This document shows positions 35,962 through 46,179 of a stretch of 64,000 nt of DNA, in pieces; the stretch's first letter is position 1, and each line of letters begins with the position of its first letter. The position numbers and the translations under genes were made by a program. Below the pieces are notes generated by a model. It saw only the letters and a program-made list of their open reading frames with translations, ran no database searches and was not told where the DNA came from. This DNA is from an uncultured Alphaproteobacteria bacterium (GTDB lineage Bacteria; Pseudomonadota; Alphaproteobacteria; Rhizobiales; Xanthobacteraceae). The DNA is taken from assembly GCA_963824305.1 (NCBI GenBank), contig CAWGOW010000002.1, positions 118,413 to 182,412 on the forward strand, in the 5' to 3' direction.

Positions 35962-38094
35962 CTATCCAGGAACGAACAGGGCGTCGACGGCGACGACGCC
36001 TTGACCTTTTCTGCCGATGATCAGCGGATTCAACTCGGCCTCGGCGATTCCACTGTCCGCTAGCTGCGCGATTCGTGACCACGCGCTTATCGCGTTGGCC
36101 AAGGCCGGCAGATCACCTTCCGGCAGATTGCGGTAGCCACGCAACGGGGCCAGCCCGCGCAACTGTCTGATCATGTCATGCGCGCGGTCGACGCTGATGG
36201 GCGCGAGCGCTACGACCGCGTCGCGATAGATTTCGGCGAGAATGCCGCCGACGCCGACAACAATGGTTGGCCCGATCCGCGGATCGACGCGGTAGCCGAC
36301 GAGGACCTCGCCAAGGCCGGTGCGCATCTCCTGGATCGAAAAGCCCTCAATCGTTGCGTCCGGCCGGCGCTGCCTGACGGTGTCGCCCATCTGGGCCATT
36401 CCCGCGTGCAAGGCGGCGACGTCGGCCACGTTGAGCAGCACGCCGCCGGCTTCGGTCTTGTGCGAGATATCCGCCGAGACGATCTTGATCGCGACAGGAA
36501 ATTTCAGCCTCGTCACCGCGACCACGATATCTGCTTCACTTGCATCGATTGCGACATTGACCGTTCGCGCCTGTTCGATGCCGAGACGATCGAGCAGTTT
36601 GCCGGCGTCTCCGCCGCTGACGGCGTCCTGTGCCAAAGCCGTCAACGCGTCGTGATCCTGTAGCTTTGGAAGGGCGTCATTCACCGGCGCTTGCCAATTG
36701 AAATAGGCGCGCACCGCGTCCGCGCAGGCCTCCGGCGTGCGGAACACGGCGATCGAGGCATCCGTCAGCAGCCGAGAGGATTCCGGCGCATCGGGTGTCA
36801 GAAAAACCGCAACCGGCTTCGCGGAAGCTTTTGCTCGGTCGATGATGGGTACGACGGCGCGATCGGGGCGAAACTGGGATGACGAGCCCACGACGGTAAT
36901 GAGTGCTTCGTTGTCGGGCGAGGCCATCATGGCGTCCATGACGGCGCCGAACACGCGCGGGTTGGTGCCGGCCATCGTCAAATCGATCAATGGCGAATCG
37001 GAAATCGCAATGTTCTGTGCCGCGAGACGCTCGATGGCTTGTGGATCGGGACCCGCCACCGCGATGCCGCGCATGCCGAGATTATCCACCAGCAGCGCGC
37101 CGCCGCCGCCTGTGGTCCCCATGACTGACACTTTGCCGACGCCATCAGGCTTTCGGCCGATAACGAAGGGCGCCATCTCGATCAGCGTTTCCAGTAGATC
37201 GACCCGGATCACGCCGTTTTCCTGCAGGAAGGCCTCCATCGCTGCTGTGTTGCCGGCGATGGCGCCGGTATGCGAGGCGGCCAGTTGGTTGCCGATCGGG
37301 CTGCGGCCGAGCAGGAATGCGATGATCGGCTTGCCGGCCGCGTAGGCGCGGCGTGCCATCGACGAAAACCGTTGCGGATCGCGGACCGTTTCCAGAAACA
37401 GCAGGATGGCGTGGGTATCGGGATCGTCGACCAGGAGATCGCCGAGTTCGCCAACACCGAGATCGGCTTCGTTACCGACCGAAACCATCTTGGCAAAGCC
37501 AAGTCCACGGCTTTGTCCGCGTGACAGCAACGAGCCGAGCAGGCTTCCACTCTGCGACAGCAGCGATACGTGTCCTTTGAGAAGCTGCGGTGTCTCTAGC
37601 GATTCGTTCGCCGATATCGCAACGCCCCGGGTCGTATTGATGACGCCGAGGCAATTCGGCCCGAGGATACGCATGCCGGAGGGGTGCGCGCGCTCGAAGA
37701 TATCCTGCTGGAGCTTCCGACCGGCTTCTCCGATCTCAGCGAAGCCGGCGCTGAGAATGGTGGCGCAGCGGATGCCGATGGCCGCACATTGCGACACGGC
37801 CTCCGGCACCAGCCGGGCCGGCAGCATGATGAAGGCGTGATCGACCCGCTCTGGGATAAGGTCGGCCGATGCATACGCCCGCTCGCCGAAAATCTCTTGG
37901 TGCGTGGGATTGACCGGAAAGATCTTGCCGGTGAAGCCGTGCTTGCGCAGATAGCGTTGCGGCAACGAGGTATGTTTGCCGACATCGGCTGATGCGCCGA
38001 TCAGTGCGATGCTGTCGGGCGCAAACAGCGCTTTTGCCAGCGTTGTGCCGACGTTTGCGCCGGGCTTTTTTATCGTCATGGGATTGATTTCCAA
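35962..38094 (-). CDS. NDP-forming acyl-CoA synthetase (fused CoA-binding/succinyl-CoA-ligase-like and ATP-grasp domains)
   Basis: 710 aa with an N-terminal CoA-binding region (SIALIGASADVGKHT... FPVNP) and a C-terminal ATP-grasp region. The start is ATG 38094 or ATG 38079. Confidence 0.8.
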   Translation of the reverse strand: MEINPMTIKKPGANVGTTLAKALFAPDSIALIGASADVGKHTSLPQRYLRKHGFTGKIFPVNPTHQEIFGERAYASADLIPERVDHAFIMLPARLVPEAVSQCAAIGIRCATILSAGFAEIGEAGRKLQQDIFERAHPSGMRILGPNCLGVINTTRGVAISANESLETPQLLKGHVSLLSQSGSLLGSLLSRGQSRGLGFAKMVSVGNEADLGVGELGDLLVDDPDTHAILLFLETVRDPQRFSSMARRAYAAGKPIIAFLLGRSPIGNQLAASHTGAIAGNTAAMEAFLQENGVIRVDLLETLIEMAPFVIGRKPDGVGKVSVMGTTGGGGALLVDNLGMRGIAVAGPDPQAIERLAAQNIAISDSPLIDLTMAGTNPRVFGAVMDAMMASPDNEALITVVGSSSQFRPDRAVVPIIDRAKASAKPVAVFLTPDAPESSRLLTDASIAVFRTPEACADAVRAYFNWQAPVNDALPKLQDHDALTALAQDAVSGGDAGKLLDRLGIEQARTVNVAIDASEADIVVAVTRLKFPVAIKIVSADISHKTEAGGVLLNVADVAALHAGMAQMGDTVRQRRPDATIEGFSIQEMRTGLGEVLVGYRVDPRIGPTIVVGVGGILAEIYRDAVVALAPISVDRAHDMIRQLRGLAPLRGYRNLPEGDLPALANAISAWSRIAQLADSGIAEAELNPLIIGRKGQGVVAVDALFVPG

Positions 38095-38096
38095 CG

Positions 38097-38881
38097 CTAG
38101 CGGCCCTTGAAGTCAGCCTTGCGTTTTTCGAGAAATGCGGAAATTCCTTCCTGCTTGTCTTCGGTGCCATAGATGGTCGAGACCAGGAAGGTTTCGAATT
38201 CGAGGCCGGAGGCGAGATCCATCTGCATGCCGCGGTGAACGGCGCGCTTGACGAGTGCCAGGCTCAGCGGCGCGCGAGTGGAATAGAGCTCGGCCGTTTT
38301 CATCGCTCCCGCCAGCGCCTCGCACTTTGCGGTTAGCTCATTGATCAAGCCCATACGATATGCATCCTGCGCCGGAAGCGGTTCCGCCGCGAAGAGGATT
38401 TGCAGCGCATAAGACGTTCCGACAACACGCGGCAGGCGCTGGGTTCCGCCGGCGCCCGCCACCGTTCCGATCCGGGCGCTGGTGATGGCATAGGTCGATC
38501 CGTCCGCGCCGATGCGCAGGTCGCAAGCCAGCGCGAGTTCCAGACCGCCGGTCACGCAGAAACCTTCGATTGCAGCGATCACGGGCTTTTTGGAATTTTC
38601 CAGCGTGGCGCAGACGCGATGCCACCGGCCGAAATAGTCCATGCCTTGTGTTGCGGTCTTGACTTGCAGCGCTTCGTTAAGGTCCGCACCCGCCGCAAAG
38701 TACTCGGTACCGCCGGTGATGATCACTGCGCGCACCGAATTGTCGCGTCCAGTTCTGCCATGACGTCGATGAGTTCATCCATCATTTCGGTGCTGATGGC
38801 GTTACGAATTTTCGGCCGGTTCAACGTGATGACGCAGGCTGGACCTGATTTCTGGAGCAGGAGAGTGTTGCGGGCTTTCAC
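38097..38881 (-). pseudogene. Enoyl-CoA hydratase/isomerase gene interrupted by a 1-nt frameshift near 38740 (or an assembly error)
   Basis: The N-terminal 52-58 codons (GTG 38881 with a GGAGAGG SD, or ATG 38899; ...VITLNRPKIRNAISTEMMDELIDVMAELDA) end at a TGA at 38723-38725. The rest of the protein (DNSVRAVIITGG...KRKADFKGR) continues in another frame down to 38097. An intact paralogue lies at 46180-46962. Confidence 0.75.
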
Positions 38882-39136
38882 GGCGTTGTCCTCTCCCATT
38901 CTTGTTTTCGTTCAGTCTTGTTCTGGCTCAGTCTTGATTTGCCTGGGTCCGGCAGTCGCCGAGTAGGTTCGGCGGCTACTTGCTATCAACCGAGATTGAC
39001 GACGGGCCGGCGAGAAGGATACTCTATGGATTGAAACCGGGTTCGTCTAGCGAAATCAGGATTTTGCTGAGCTCTAGGCGTCAGTCAGGCAGGATCGACG
39101 CCGGAGCGAAGGGCAAAACGGGAAGGAAAATCGACC

Positions 39137-39925
39137 ATGGAACCATTCGCGAAGGATCGCGTAGCGCTGATCACGGGAGCGGCCCGCGGCATCGGCTTCG
39201 CCTGCGCGCACAACCTGTCTCGCCATGGCGTCAAGGTCGCGTTGGTCGATATCAATGGCGACCGGATCAAGGAAGCTGCCGCAAAACTCACGGCCGAAAC
39301 CGGCGGGCAGGCGTTAGGTATTCAGGCCGACATTTCGTCCGAGAGCGACGTGGCCCGCATGGCCGCCGAAGCGAACAAGGCTTTCGGAAAAGTCGACATT
39401 TTCCTGAACAGCGCGGCGATCCTGGCCGACAATCTTTTCCTGGAATCGACGCCGGCCGAATGGGACCGGATGTTCAAGGTGTGCCTGACAGGCCCGATGC
39501 TTTGCTTGCGTGCGCTTTTGCCAGGCATGGTCGAACGCAAATATGGCCGCGTCGTCTGCATGGCCTCGGACTCGGCGCGGATCGGTCAGGCTCGGCTGTC
39601 ATACTACGCCGCGGCCAAGGGTGGTGTGATCGCACTCGTGAAGTCGGTAGCTCAGGAGGTCGGAAGGTCCGGCGTCACCTTGAACGTGGTTTCGCCCGGC
39701 GCTACCAACACCGAATTGCGACAGGAGCGAGAAGCGTCGATGCTTCAGCAGATGGGTCCGGAAAAATACGAACGCCGCGTCAAGGCGGTGCTGAAGATGT
39801 ATCCGGCCGGGCGCATCGGTGAACCCGAGGATGCCGCCGCTATGATCAGCTTCCTGTTGAGCGACCAAGCGTCGTGGATCACGGGGCAAGTGGTCAGCGT
39901 CAACGGCGGCTTCGTCATGCCGTGA
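39137..39925 (+). CDS. SDR-family oxidoreductase (FabG-like)
   Basis: TGAARGIG cofactor motif and YxxxK (SYYAAAKGG). 262 aa. Confidence 0.85.
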   Translation: MEPFAKDRVALITGAARGIGFACAHNLSRHGVKVALVDINGDRIKEAAAKLTAETGGQALGIQADISSESDVARMAAEANKAFGKVDIFLNSAAILADNLFLESTPAEWDRMFKVCLTGPMLCLRALLPGMVERKYGRVVCMASDSARIGQARLSYYAAAKGGVIALVKSVAQEVGRSGVTLNVVSPGATNTELRQEREASMLQQMGPEKYERRVKAVLKMYPAGRIGEPEDAAAMISFLLSDQASWITGQVVSVNGGFVMP

Positions 39926-39947
39926 GTTCCGCGCGGCGCTGATCTCC

Positions 39948-42080
39948 TTAGGAAGCCGCCCGACGCGCGAAATCCTTGTTCGCGCCGCCCAATGCCTCGA
40001 TCGGACGAAGCTCGTATTTTTGCATGCGCGAGAGCTTGAACGGCAGTTCGAGCAGCGGCCAGGAATTGTCGCCCTTCTTGACCATTCGGATAAAGCGTCC
40101 CCGCTCGGATGCGCCGACTTCATCGACGGTTCGAACCGGCGCGGCGGGGATGTTGGCTGCCACCATCGTGTCGACGGCTTTTTGGCGTGTCGCGGATTTC
40201 AACTCGATGCCCGCCGCCTTGAGGCGGGCGTCGACCGTGGCCTGGTCGGCAATGATCGCGACATCTCCATCGCTGCAGGACGCCACCACATGCGGCGAGC
40301 GGCCGCTGGCCCGCCAGGCGGTGTGCGTGAGCCACACCACGACGTCCTGCATGGCGAGATCGATGAAGCTGCCCTCACCGGAAACATCGCGCTGTTCCAG
40401 CATCGCCAGGATGAAAAACAGCCCCATCATACCGCCGGCGGTATCGGCGATCGAGATGCCGATCTTGGTTGGTACGCCATCCGCGCGCGTCAGGTCCATG
40501 AGCCCGTACATGGCTTGAACCACCGTGTCGAATGCGGGACGGCCGGGATAGATGGAATCCACGCCGTAGCCGGAGATTGCGCAATAGACGAGCTTGGGAT
40601 TGATCGCGTGCAGTTCCTTGTCGGAGAAGCCGAGCCGCGCCAGCGAGCCGGGCTTGAGGTTTTCAACCAGCACGTCGGAGGTCCTGATCAGGTCGATGAA
40701 GACGGCGCGATCTTCCGCAGCCCGCAGATCGAGGGCGAGGCTCCGCTTGTTGGTGTTGTTGAGCGTGAAAAAATAGCTGTCGCCGTCGAGATGCGGCGGC
40801 CAGGCTCGCGACGCCTCGCCGCTGAGCGGTTCGATCTTGATCACTTCGGCGCCGAGCGAAGCCATATGTTTGGCTGCAAGCGGTGCGGTCGTGTATTGCC
40901 CGATCTCAAGCACCCTCAGTCCCGCGAGCGGCCGAATCTGCGCCGTGTTTGCGTTGTCCGAATGTTTCTTCAATGGCAGACCAAGAACGAACTCCCGATC
41001 TGCATCTCGTTTCGGGACTTGCACCGCGGCCTTGCCGAACGTCAGTGGCGGCCCCGGGATGTCGATGCTGTCGCCTTGTTCGGGGCCATTCAGCTGGCGT
41101 ACCATGTTGCGATGTCTGACGTTCGGGTCGAGCGGAAGTTCGGCGACGTCGGCGATCGGGCCGGAAGCGATGTCGGCCTTGCCCAATGTCGCGACAACCT
41201 CTTCGACAGTTCGTGAGGCGGTCCAGTTCTGCACGACGGCATCGACCTCGTCGACCCGCTTGACCCGATCGGCCAGCTTGACGAAAGGTCCTTCGACGCC
41301 AAGTTCAGGGCGGTCCATCGCGCGGCACAGCCGTTTCCATTGATCGTCATTGGCCGAGCAGAGCAGGATCCAGCCGTCGGAAGCCTCATAGGCGTTCCAC
41401 GGCGCACACATCGGATGCCGATTGCCGCCGCGCGGCGGCACTTTCCCCTCGAAGTGAAACGGAAGAAACGTCACAAGACCGTTGATGCCGGTGCCATACA
41501 TGCTGCACTCGATGTGCTGTCCGCCGCCATGCTTGCGCCGGACGCGAAGCGCAGCCGCAACGGCTGCGGCCGCATAGATACCGGATCCAAGATCGAGAAT
41601 GGCGGCATCGGAAAGTGTCGCGGTGCTCTCGGCCGTTCCCGTGACCGCGGCGATGCCGGTCAACGCCTGAATGAGCTTGTCGCAGAGCAAATCGTCGTGC
41701 GGCTGCCGTTCGGCAAGCGCGGTCACATCGCAAACGATGCAATCCGCGCCGGGTTTCCAGTCCGCCGGAAGCTCGCTCGGCAGGTCGCTCGACAACAGGA
41801 CCACGTCAGCCGCATCAAGGGCATGACGCAGCAATGCCTGGTCCGTCTTGTCATTTTTTCGGATCACGACGCTGCGTTTTCCGGCCAGAGATATCGATCG
41901 GGTCTTGTACTTTCCAACCGGCGCCGGTTCTTCGGGTTCGACTGCGATCACGGTCGCGCCGACCATTGCCAAAAGCGAGCCGCAGGCGGCGGCGCCGATG
42001 CGCGCGCCGAGCTCGACGACAATGAGTCCCTCGAAAGGCAGTTTCCCGATGAAGGGCGCCACGTCTGCAGGTCCGGCCAT
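39948..42080 (-). CDS. Tandem-fused family III (CaiB/BaiF) CoA-transferase carrying two complete domains in one 710-aa polypeptide
   Basis: Domain 1 starts at FEGLIVVELGARIGAAACGSLLAMVGATVIAVEP, with a candidate catalytic Asp in AAILDLGSG. Domain 2 starts at LAGLRVLEIGQYTTAPLAAKHMASLGAEVIKIEP, with an Asp in ISIADTAGG. Confidence 0.75.
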   Translation of the reverse strand: MAGPADVAPFIGKLPFEGLIVVELGARIGAAACGSLLAMVGATVIAVEPEEPAPVGKYKTRSISLAGKRSVVIRKNDKTDQALLRHALDAADVVLLSSDLPSELPADWKPGADCIVCDVTALAERQPHDDLLCDKLIQALTGIAAVTGTAESTATLSDAAILDLGSGIYAAAAVAAALRVRRKHGGGQHIECSMYGTGINGLVTFLPFHFEGKVPPRGGNRHPMCAPWNAYEASDGWILLCSANDDQWKRLCRAMDRPELGVEGPFVKLADRVKRVDEVDAVVQNWTASRTVEEVVATLGKADIASGPIADVAELPLDPNVRHRNMVRQLNGPEQGDSIDIPGPPLTFGKAAVQVPKRDADREFVLGLPLKKHSDNANTAQIRPLAGLRVLEIGQYTTAPLAAKHMASLGAEVIKIEPLSGEASRAWPPHLDGDSYFFTLNNTNKRSLALDLRAAEDRAVFIDLIRTSDVLVENLKPGSLARLGFSDKELHAINPKLVYCAISGYGVDSIYPGRPAFDTVVQAMYGLMDLTRADGVPTKIGISIADTAGGMMGLFFILAMLEQRDVSGEGSFIDLAMQDVVVWLTHTAWRASGRSPHVVASCSDGDVAIIADQATVDARLKAAGIELKSATRQKAVDTMVAANIPAAPVRTVDEVGASERGRFIRMVKKGDNSWPLLELPFKLSRMQKYELRPIEALGGANKDFARRAAS

Positions 42081-42092
42081 GGGTTAATCAAT

Positions 42093-43313
42093 TCACCGTT
42101 CAGTTTTTACGAATGGGCAGTTGCCTTCCGTTATCGGACGAAACGCCTCTTCTTCAGGAATCGTCGCAATCGGCTTGTAGTAGTCGTAAGGATATTTCGA
42201 TTCCTGCGGTGTCTTGACCTGGTAAATATACATCGGGTGAACCTTCCGGCCATCCGCACGTATTTTACCCTCGCCAAACAGCGGATCGTCGGTCGGCAAT
42301 TCCTTCATTTTGGCCATGACAGCGGTGCCGTTATCGGTACCGGCCGCGGCGACGGCCTTGAGATAATGCAAGACTGCGGAATAGACGCCGGCATGGGTCA
42401 TGTTCGGATATTTTTCGCCATTGAGCGCGGCATAGCGCTTGGTCCATGCCCTCGTAGCATCCGTGCGGTCCCAATAAAACGCCGTCGTCAGTTCGATGCC
42501 CTTTGCGTCCTCGAGGCCGAGTGCGTTGACGTCGCTCAGGAACACGAGAAGACCGACGAGCCGTTGATTGCCATCCTGGGCGATGTGGAATTCGCGGGCC
42601 TGCTTGACGGTATCGATGAAGTCGGTTCCGGCATTGGCGAGGCCAATGATCTTGGCTTTCGAATTCTGTGCCTGCAGCAGGAAAGACGACATATCCGGCG
42701 TATCCAGAGGATGCCGGACCGAGCCGAGCACTGTCCCGCCTTCGCTCTTGATGAACTTGCTGGCGTCCGCTTCCATCGCCTTGCCGAAAGCGTAATCGGC
42801 CGTGATGAAGAACCAAGATTTTCCGCCGGCCTTGGTGATCGCGCTGGCGGTTCCATGCGCCAGTGCCCAGGTGTCGTAGGTCCAGTGAACGCTGTAAGGC
42901 GAACACTTCGATCCCGTGATCTCGGATGAGCCGGGGTTGACGATCAAGGCCGGCTTCTTCTTGTCCTTTGCGATTTCACTGACGGCAAGCGCCACGGCCG
43001 AGTTCGGCAGGTCTGCGATGACATCGACGCCGCCGACGTCAAACCATTCCTTGGCGATGTTGGCGGCGATATCAGGCTTGTTCTGATGGTTGGCCGACAC
43101 GATCTCGATCGGCATTCCGTTCACCTTGCCGCCGAAATCCTCGACTGCCATCTTCGCCGCCACGATCGATCCGTTGCCGGCGAGGTCGGCGTAGACGCCG
43201 CTGCTTTCGGTGAGGATGCCAATCTTCACCTTGTTGTCGGAAAGTTGCGCCATCGCCGCCGGCGTAGCGGCAAGCAGAAACGCGCTGGATACGACGGCCT
43301 TAAAGGCTCCCAT
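42093..43313 (-). CDS. ABC transporter substrate-binding protein, Liv type (orphan SBP) with signal peptide
   Basis: 406 aa. The signal peptide ends at AMA-QL. It is a paralogue of the SBP at 59681-60907 (shared blocks KIGILTESSG/KIGVLTDMSG and ADHQNKPD/ANHQNKPD). Confidence 0.82.
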   Translation of the reverse strand: MGAFKAVVSSAFLLAATPAAMAQLSDNKVKIGILTESSGVYADLAGNGSIVAAKMAVEDFGGKVNGMPIEIVSANHQNKPDIAANIAKEWFDVGGVDVIADLPNSAVALAVSEIAKDKKKPALIVNPGSSEITGSKCSPYSVHWTYDTWALAHGTASAITKAGGKSWFFITADYAFGKAMEADASKFIKSEGGTVLGSVRHPLDTPDMSSFLLQAQNSKAKIIGLANAGTDFIDTVKQAREFHIAQDGNQRLVGLLVFLSDVNALGLEDAKGIELTTAFYWDRTDATRAWTKRYAALNGEKYPNMTHAGVYSAVLHYLKAVAAAGTDNGTAVMAKMKELPTDDPLFGEGKIRADGRKVHPMYIYQVKTPQESKYPYDYYKPIATIPEEEAFRPITEGNCPFVKTER

Positions 43314-43343
43314 GAATTCCTCCCGGTCGAATTTTTATTTCAC

Positions 43344-44810
43344 CTAAAGACGCATATAGACGGCCTTCTGTTCGAGGAAGGCGTCGAGCCCGGCGTAGGC
43401 GCCTTCGCGCCCCCAACCCGATTCCTTGTAGCCGCCGAACGGCAGCGACTTGTCGCTGCCGCCATAGAAATTGACCCAGATGTTGCCGGCGCGGATGGCG
43501 CGCGCCGCTTTGTGCGCCGTGCTGAGACTTGTCGTGAAAACGCCGGCGCCGAGTCCGTAAGAGGTCGCATTGGCGAGTTTCGCCACCTGGGAAAGATCGT
43601 CGAACGGCATCGCCGCGAGTACGGGGCCGAAAATCTCTTCGCGGACGATCTTCTGTTCGGGCCTTGTTTTGACGAAGACGCTCGGCTCGACGAAGTAACC
43701 GGGGCGGTCGACCGCCTTGCCGCCGGTCACAAGCTCCGCGCCGGTGTTGACGCCGTCGGCGACATAGGCGAGCACGCGGGAACGCTGCGCACTTGAAATC
43801 AGCGGACCGAGTTCGGTTGAGTCGTCGGAACCGTCGCCGATGCGCATGTTTTGTGCGATCTCGGCAATGCCGGCGATGACCTTGTCGAAAACAGGCTTCT
43901 GCACAAACAGCAACGAGCCCGCGTAACAGATCTGACCGCTGTTGGAAAAGATCGCAGCGGCCGCGCGCGGGATCGCCGTTTTCAGGTCGGCATCCGCAAA
44001 GACAAACACTGGTGATTTGCCTCCGAGCTCAAGGCTGAGCCGCTTCAGGTTGCCGGCAGCGGCCTGAACCAGAAGCTTTCCGACTTCCGTAGATCCCGTG
44101 AACGAGATCTTGTCGATGTCGGGATGGCCCGCGATGGCGGCGCCTGCTTCCGCGCCGGTGCCAGTCACGACATTCAATACGCCGGCCGGTATGCCGGCCT
44201 CAAGGGCCAGTTCGCCCAATCGTAACGCGCTGAGGGGCGTCTGTTCAGCCGGCTTCAGGATCGCGCTGCATCCGGCCGCAAGACATGGCCCGACCTTGTT
44301 GAGCGCGGCTGAGAGGGGCGAATTCCAGGGAATTATCAAGCCCGCAACGCCGACGGGTTCCTTCAACGAGAACGCGTGAAACTCTGCGCGTTGGCCTGAA
44401 ATGTCGGATGTATTGCCGTAGATCTTGGAGCAGATGCCGGCATAAAACCGAAAGCCGTCGATCGCGCGCTCGATCGCGCGACGGGCCATGCCGTTTGGCA
44501 TGCCGTTGTCCCAGACCTCGAGTTCGACGAACTCATCAAGGTTCGCCTCGATCAGTTCCGACAACTTCCACATTATGCGCTCGCGATCGACGGCGGTCAT
44601 GCGTCGCCAGCTGCCGCTCTCAAACGACTGACGCGCCGCCTGGACCGCCGCATCGACATCCGCTTCATCAGCCGCTGGCACCTGTGCGAATACCGAACCG
44701 GTGGCTGGATTTTCAACAGCCAGCATCCGGCCGGATCGTGCAGCAACGTGTTTTCCTGCGATCAGCATCGCGGGGCTATGCTGCACGAAGCGCGGAAGCG
44801 AGCGTTCCAT
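43344..44810 (-). CDS. NAD(P)-dependent aldehyde dehydrogenase
   Basis: 488 aa with the catalytic Glu motif LELGGKSP, the Cys motif GQICYAGS and PFGGYKESG. Confidence 0.88.
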   Translation of the reverse strand: MERSLPRFVQHSPAMLIAGKHVAARSGRMLAVENPATGSVFAQVPAADEADVDAAVQAARQSFESGSWRRMTAVDRERIMWKLSELIEANLDEFVELEVWDNGMPNGMARRAIERAIDGFRFYAGICSKIYGNTSDISGQRAEFHAFSLKEPVGVAGLIIPWNSPLSAALNKVGPCLAAGCSAILKPAEQTPLSALRLGELALEAGIPAGVLNVVTGTGAEAGAAIAGHPDIDKISFTGSTEVGKLLVQAAAGNLKRLSLELGGKSPVFVFADADLKTAIPRAAAAIFSNSGQICYAGSLLFVQKPVFDKVIAGIAEIAQNMRIGDGSDDSTELGPLISSAQRSRVLAYVADGVNTGAELVTGGKAVDRPGYFVEPSVFVKTRPEQKIVREEIFGPVLAAMPFDDLSQVAKLANATSYGLGAGVFTTSLSTAHKAARAIRAGNIWVNFYGGSDKSLPFGGYKESGWGREGAYAGLDAFLEQKAVYMRL

Positions 44811-44971
44811 CCCGTGAAACTCCAGCAGTTTCTTGCTTTTGCTAGATTGTATGCACGCGTATCCAATAGCATATTCATGGTGACGGCAAGCCCATTCGGT
44901 GCTATCGCTGACCGAAAATCGAAACGGCGGCTTCCCAAATTGAGCCGCCGGAACTTGCAGGTGAGGAATGC

Positions 44972-46126
44972 ATGGATTTTCAGCTCGATAGCGAACAGCG
45001 CATGATCCAGGAGTCGACCCGGCAGATGGTCGACCGGAAGATCGTTCCGATCATGAAGGCGCACGATGCCGACAAGCCGCTGCCCAAGGACGCAATGCTG
45101 AAAATATTCAAGCTATGCGCCGAGCAGGGGCTTACCTCGGCGCGGGTGCCGGAGGAGGTCGGAGGCGCCGGATTATCGGCGCTGAATCTCGGCTTGATGC
45201 ACGAGCAACTGCCGCCGGCAATTGCGTTGGCGCTGATCGCCCACGAAGGAACCGGCGCGAGACTTTGTCTATCGAGTACGCCGGAGCAGCAGGAGCGATT
45301 CCTGCCCGACATCATTGCGGCCAACAAAATCGCCTGTACCGGCAATACCGAACCCGACGTCGGCTCGGACCCCAGAAGCATCAAGACGCGTGCGGTCGAG
45401 GACAAGGACGAATACGTCATCACCGGCCGCAAGATGTGGATCACGAATGCCAGCATCTGCGACCTGATCAATGTCACCTGCGCGATGGGCAAAGACGAGA
45501 AGGGTCTGACCAAGGCGATGCGCATGGTGGTCGAGCGCGAGCATTCGCCGTTCGAGGCCCACGAAATCGACATGATGGGGCTTCGTCAGGGGCACTTGGG
45601 CGAGGTATTATTCGAAGGCTGCCGCGTGCCGAAGCGCAACGCGCTCGGTGAGCCCGGCGATACGTCGCGCGTGCTGACGCTGACATGGCTCGCCAATCGT
45701 CCGATCTTTGGTCTCTGGGCCGTAGGTCTTGCACAAAAGGCGCTCGATATGGCGCTGCAATTCTCTGGCGACCGCGTCGCGTTTAACAAGAAGATTTCGA
45801 ATTTCCAGCTTGTTCAAGAGATGCTTGCCGACATATCGACGACGATCACGACGAGCCGGCTGCTTTGTTATTACGCACTCTCCTGTATCGACAGTGGCGA
45901 GCGCGCCAACCACGCCTCCGCCATGGCAAAGCGTTATGCCGTCTCGAATTGTCAGCGCGCAATTTCGCTGGCGATGGAAGTACACGGCGCCATCGGGCTC
46001 AGCCGCGAAATGGGCATCGAGCAGCTTTATCGCGACGCGAGGATGCTGACCGTTCCCGATGGCACCACCCAGATTCTGACGCTGATCGAAGGACGTGAGC
46101 TGACCGGTCTGCCGGCGTATCGCTGA
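44972..46126 (+). CDS. Acyl-CoA dehydrogenase
   Basis: 384 aa with ACAD layout (MDFQLDSEQRMIQEST..., GNTEPDVGSD, DGTTQILTLIEGREL). Confidence 0.85.
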   Translation: MDFQLDSEQRMIQESTRQMVDRKIVPIMKAHDADKPLPKDAMLKIFKLCAEQGLTSARVPEEVGGAGLSALNLGLMHEQLPPAIALALIAHEGTGARLCLSSTPEQQERFLPDIIAANKIACTGNTEPDVGSDPRSIKTRAVEDKDEYVITGRKMWITNASICDLINVTCAMGKDEKGLTKAMRMVVEREHSPFEAHEIDMMGLRQGHLGEVLFEGCRVPKRNALGEPGDTSRVLTLTWLANRPIFGLWAVGLAQKALDMALQFSGDRVAFNKKISNFQLVQEMLADISTTITTSRLLCYYALSCIDSGERANHASAMAKRYAVSNCQRAISLAMEVHGAIGLSREMGIEQLYRDARMLTVPDGTTQILTLIEGRELTGLPAYR

Positions 46127-46179
46127 CCCGGAGAATCAAGTGCGCGCATTTTCAAACCATCCAAACCGCGGAGAGAACC

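Noticed and set aside
40020-42929. Long + strand ORFs (398 aa at 40020-41216 and 529 aa at 41340-42929) opposite the tandem CoA-transferase and the SBP
   Set aside because: They are antisense shadows of well-supported minus-strand genes, with low-complexity Arg/Gly/Asp composition and no family resemblance.
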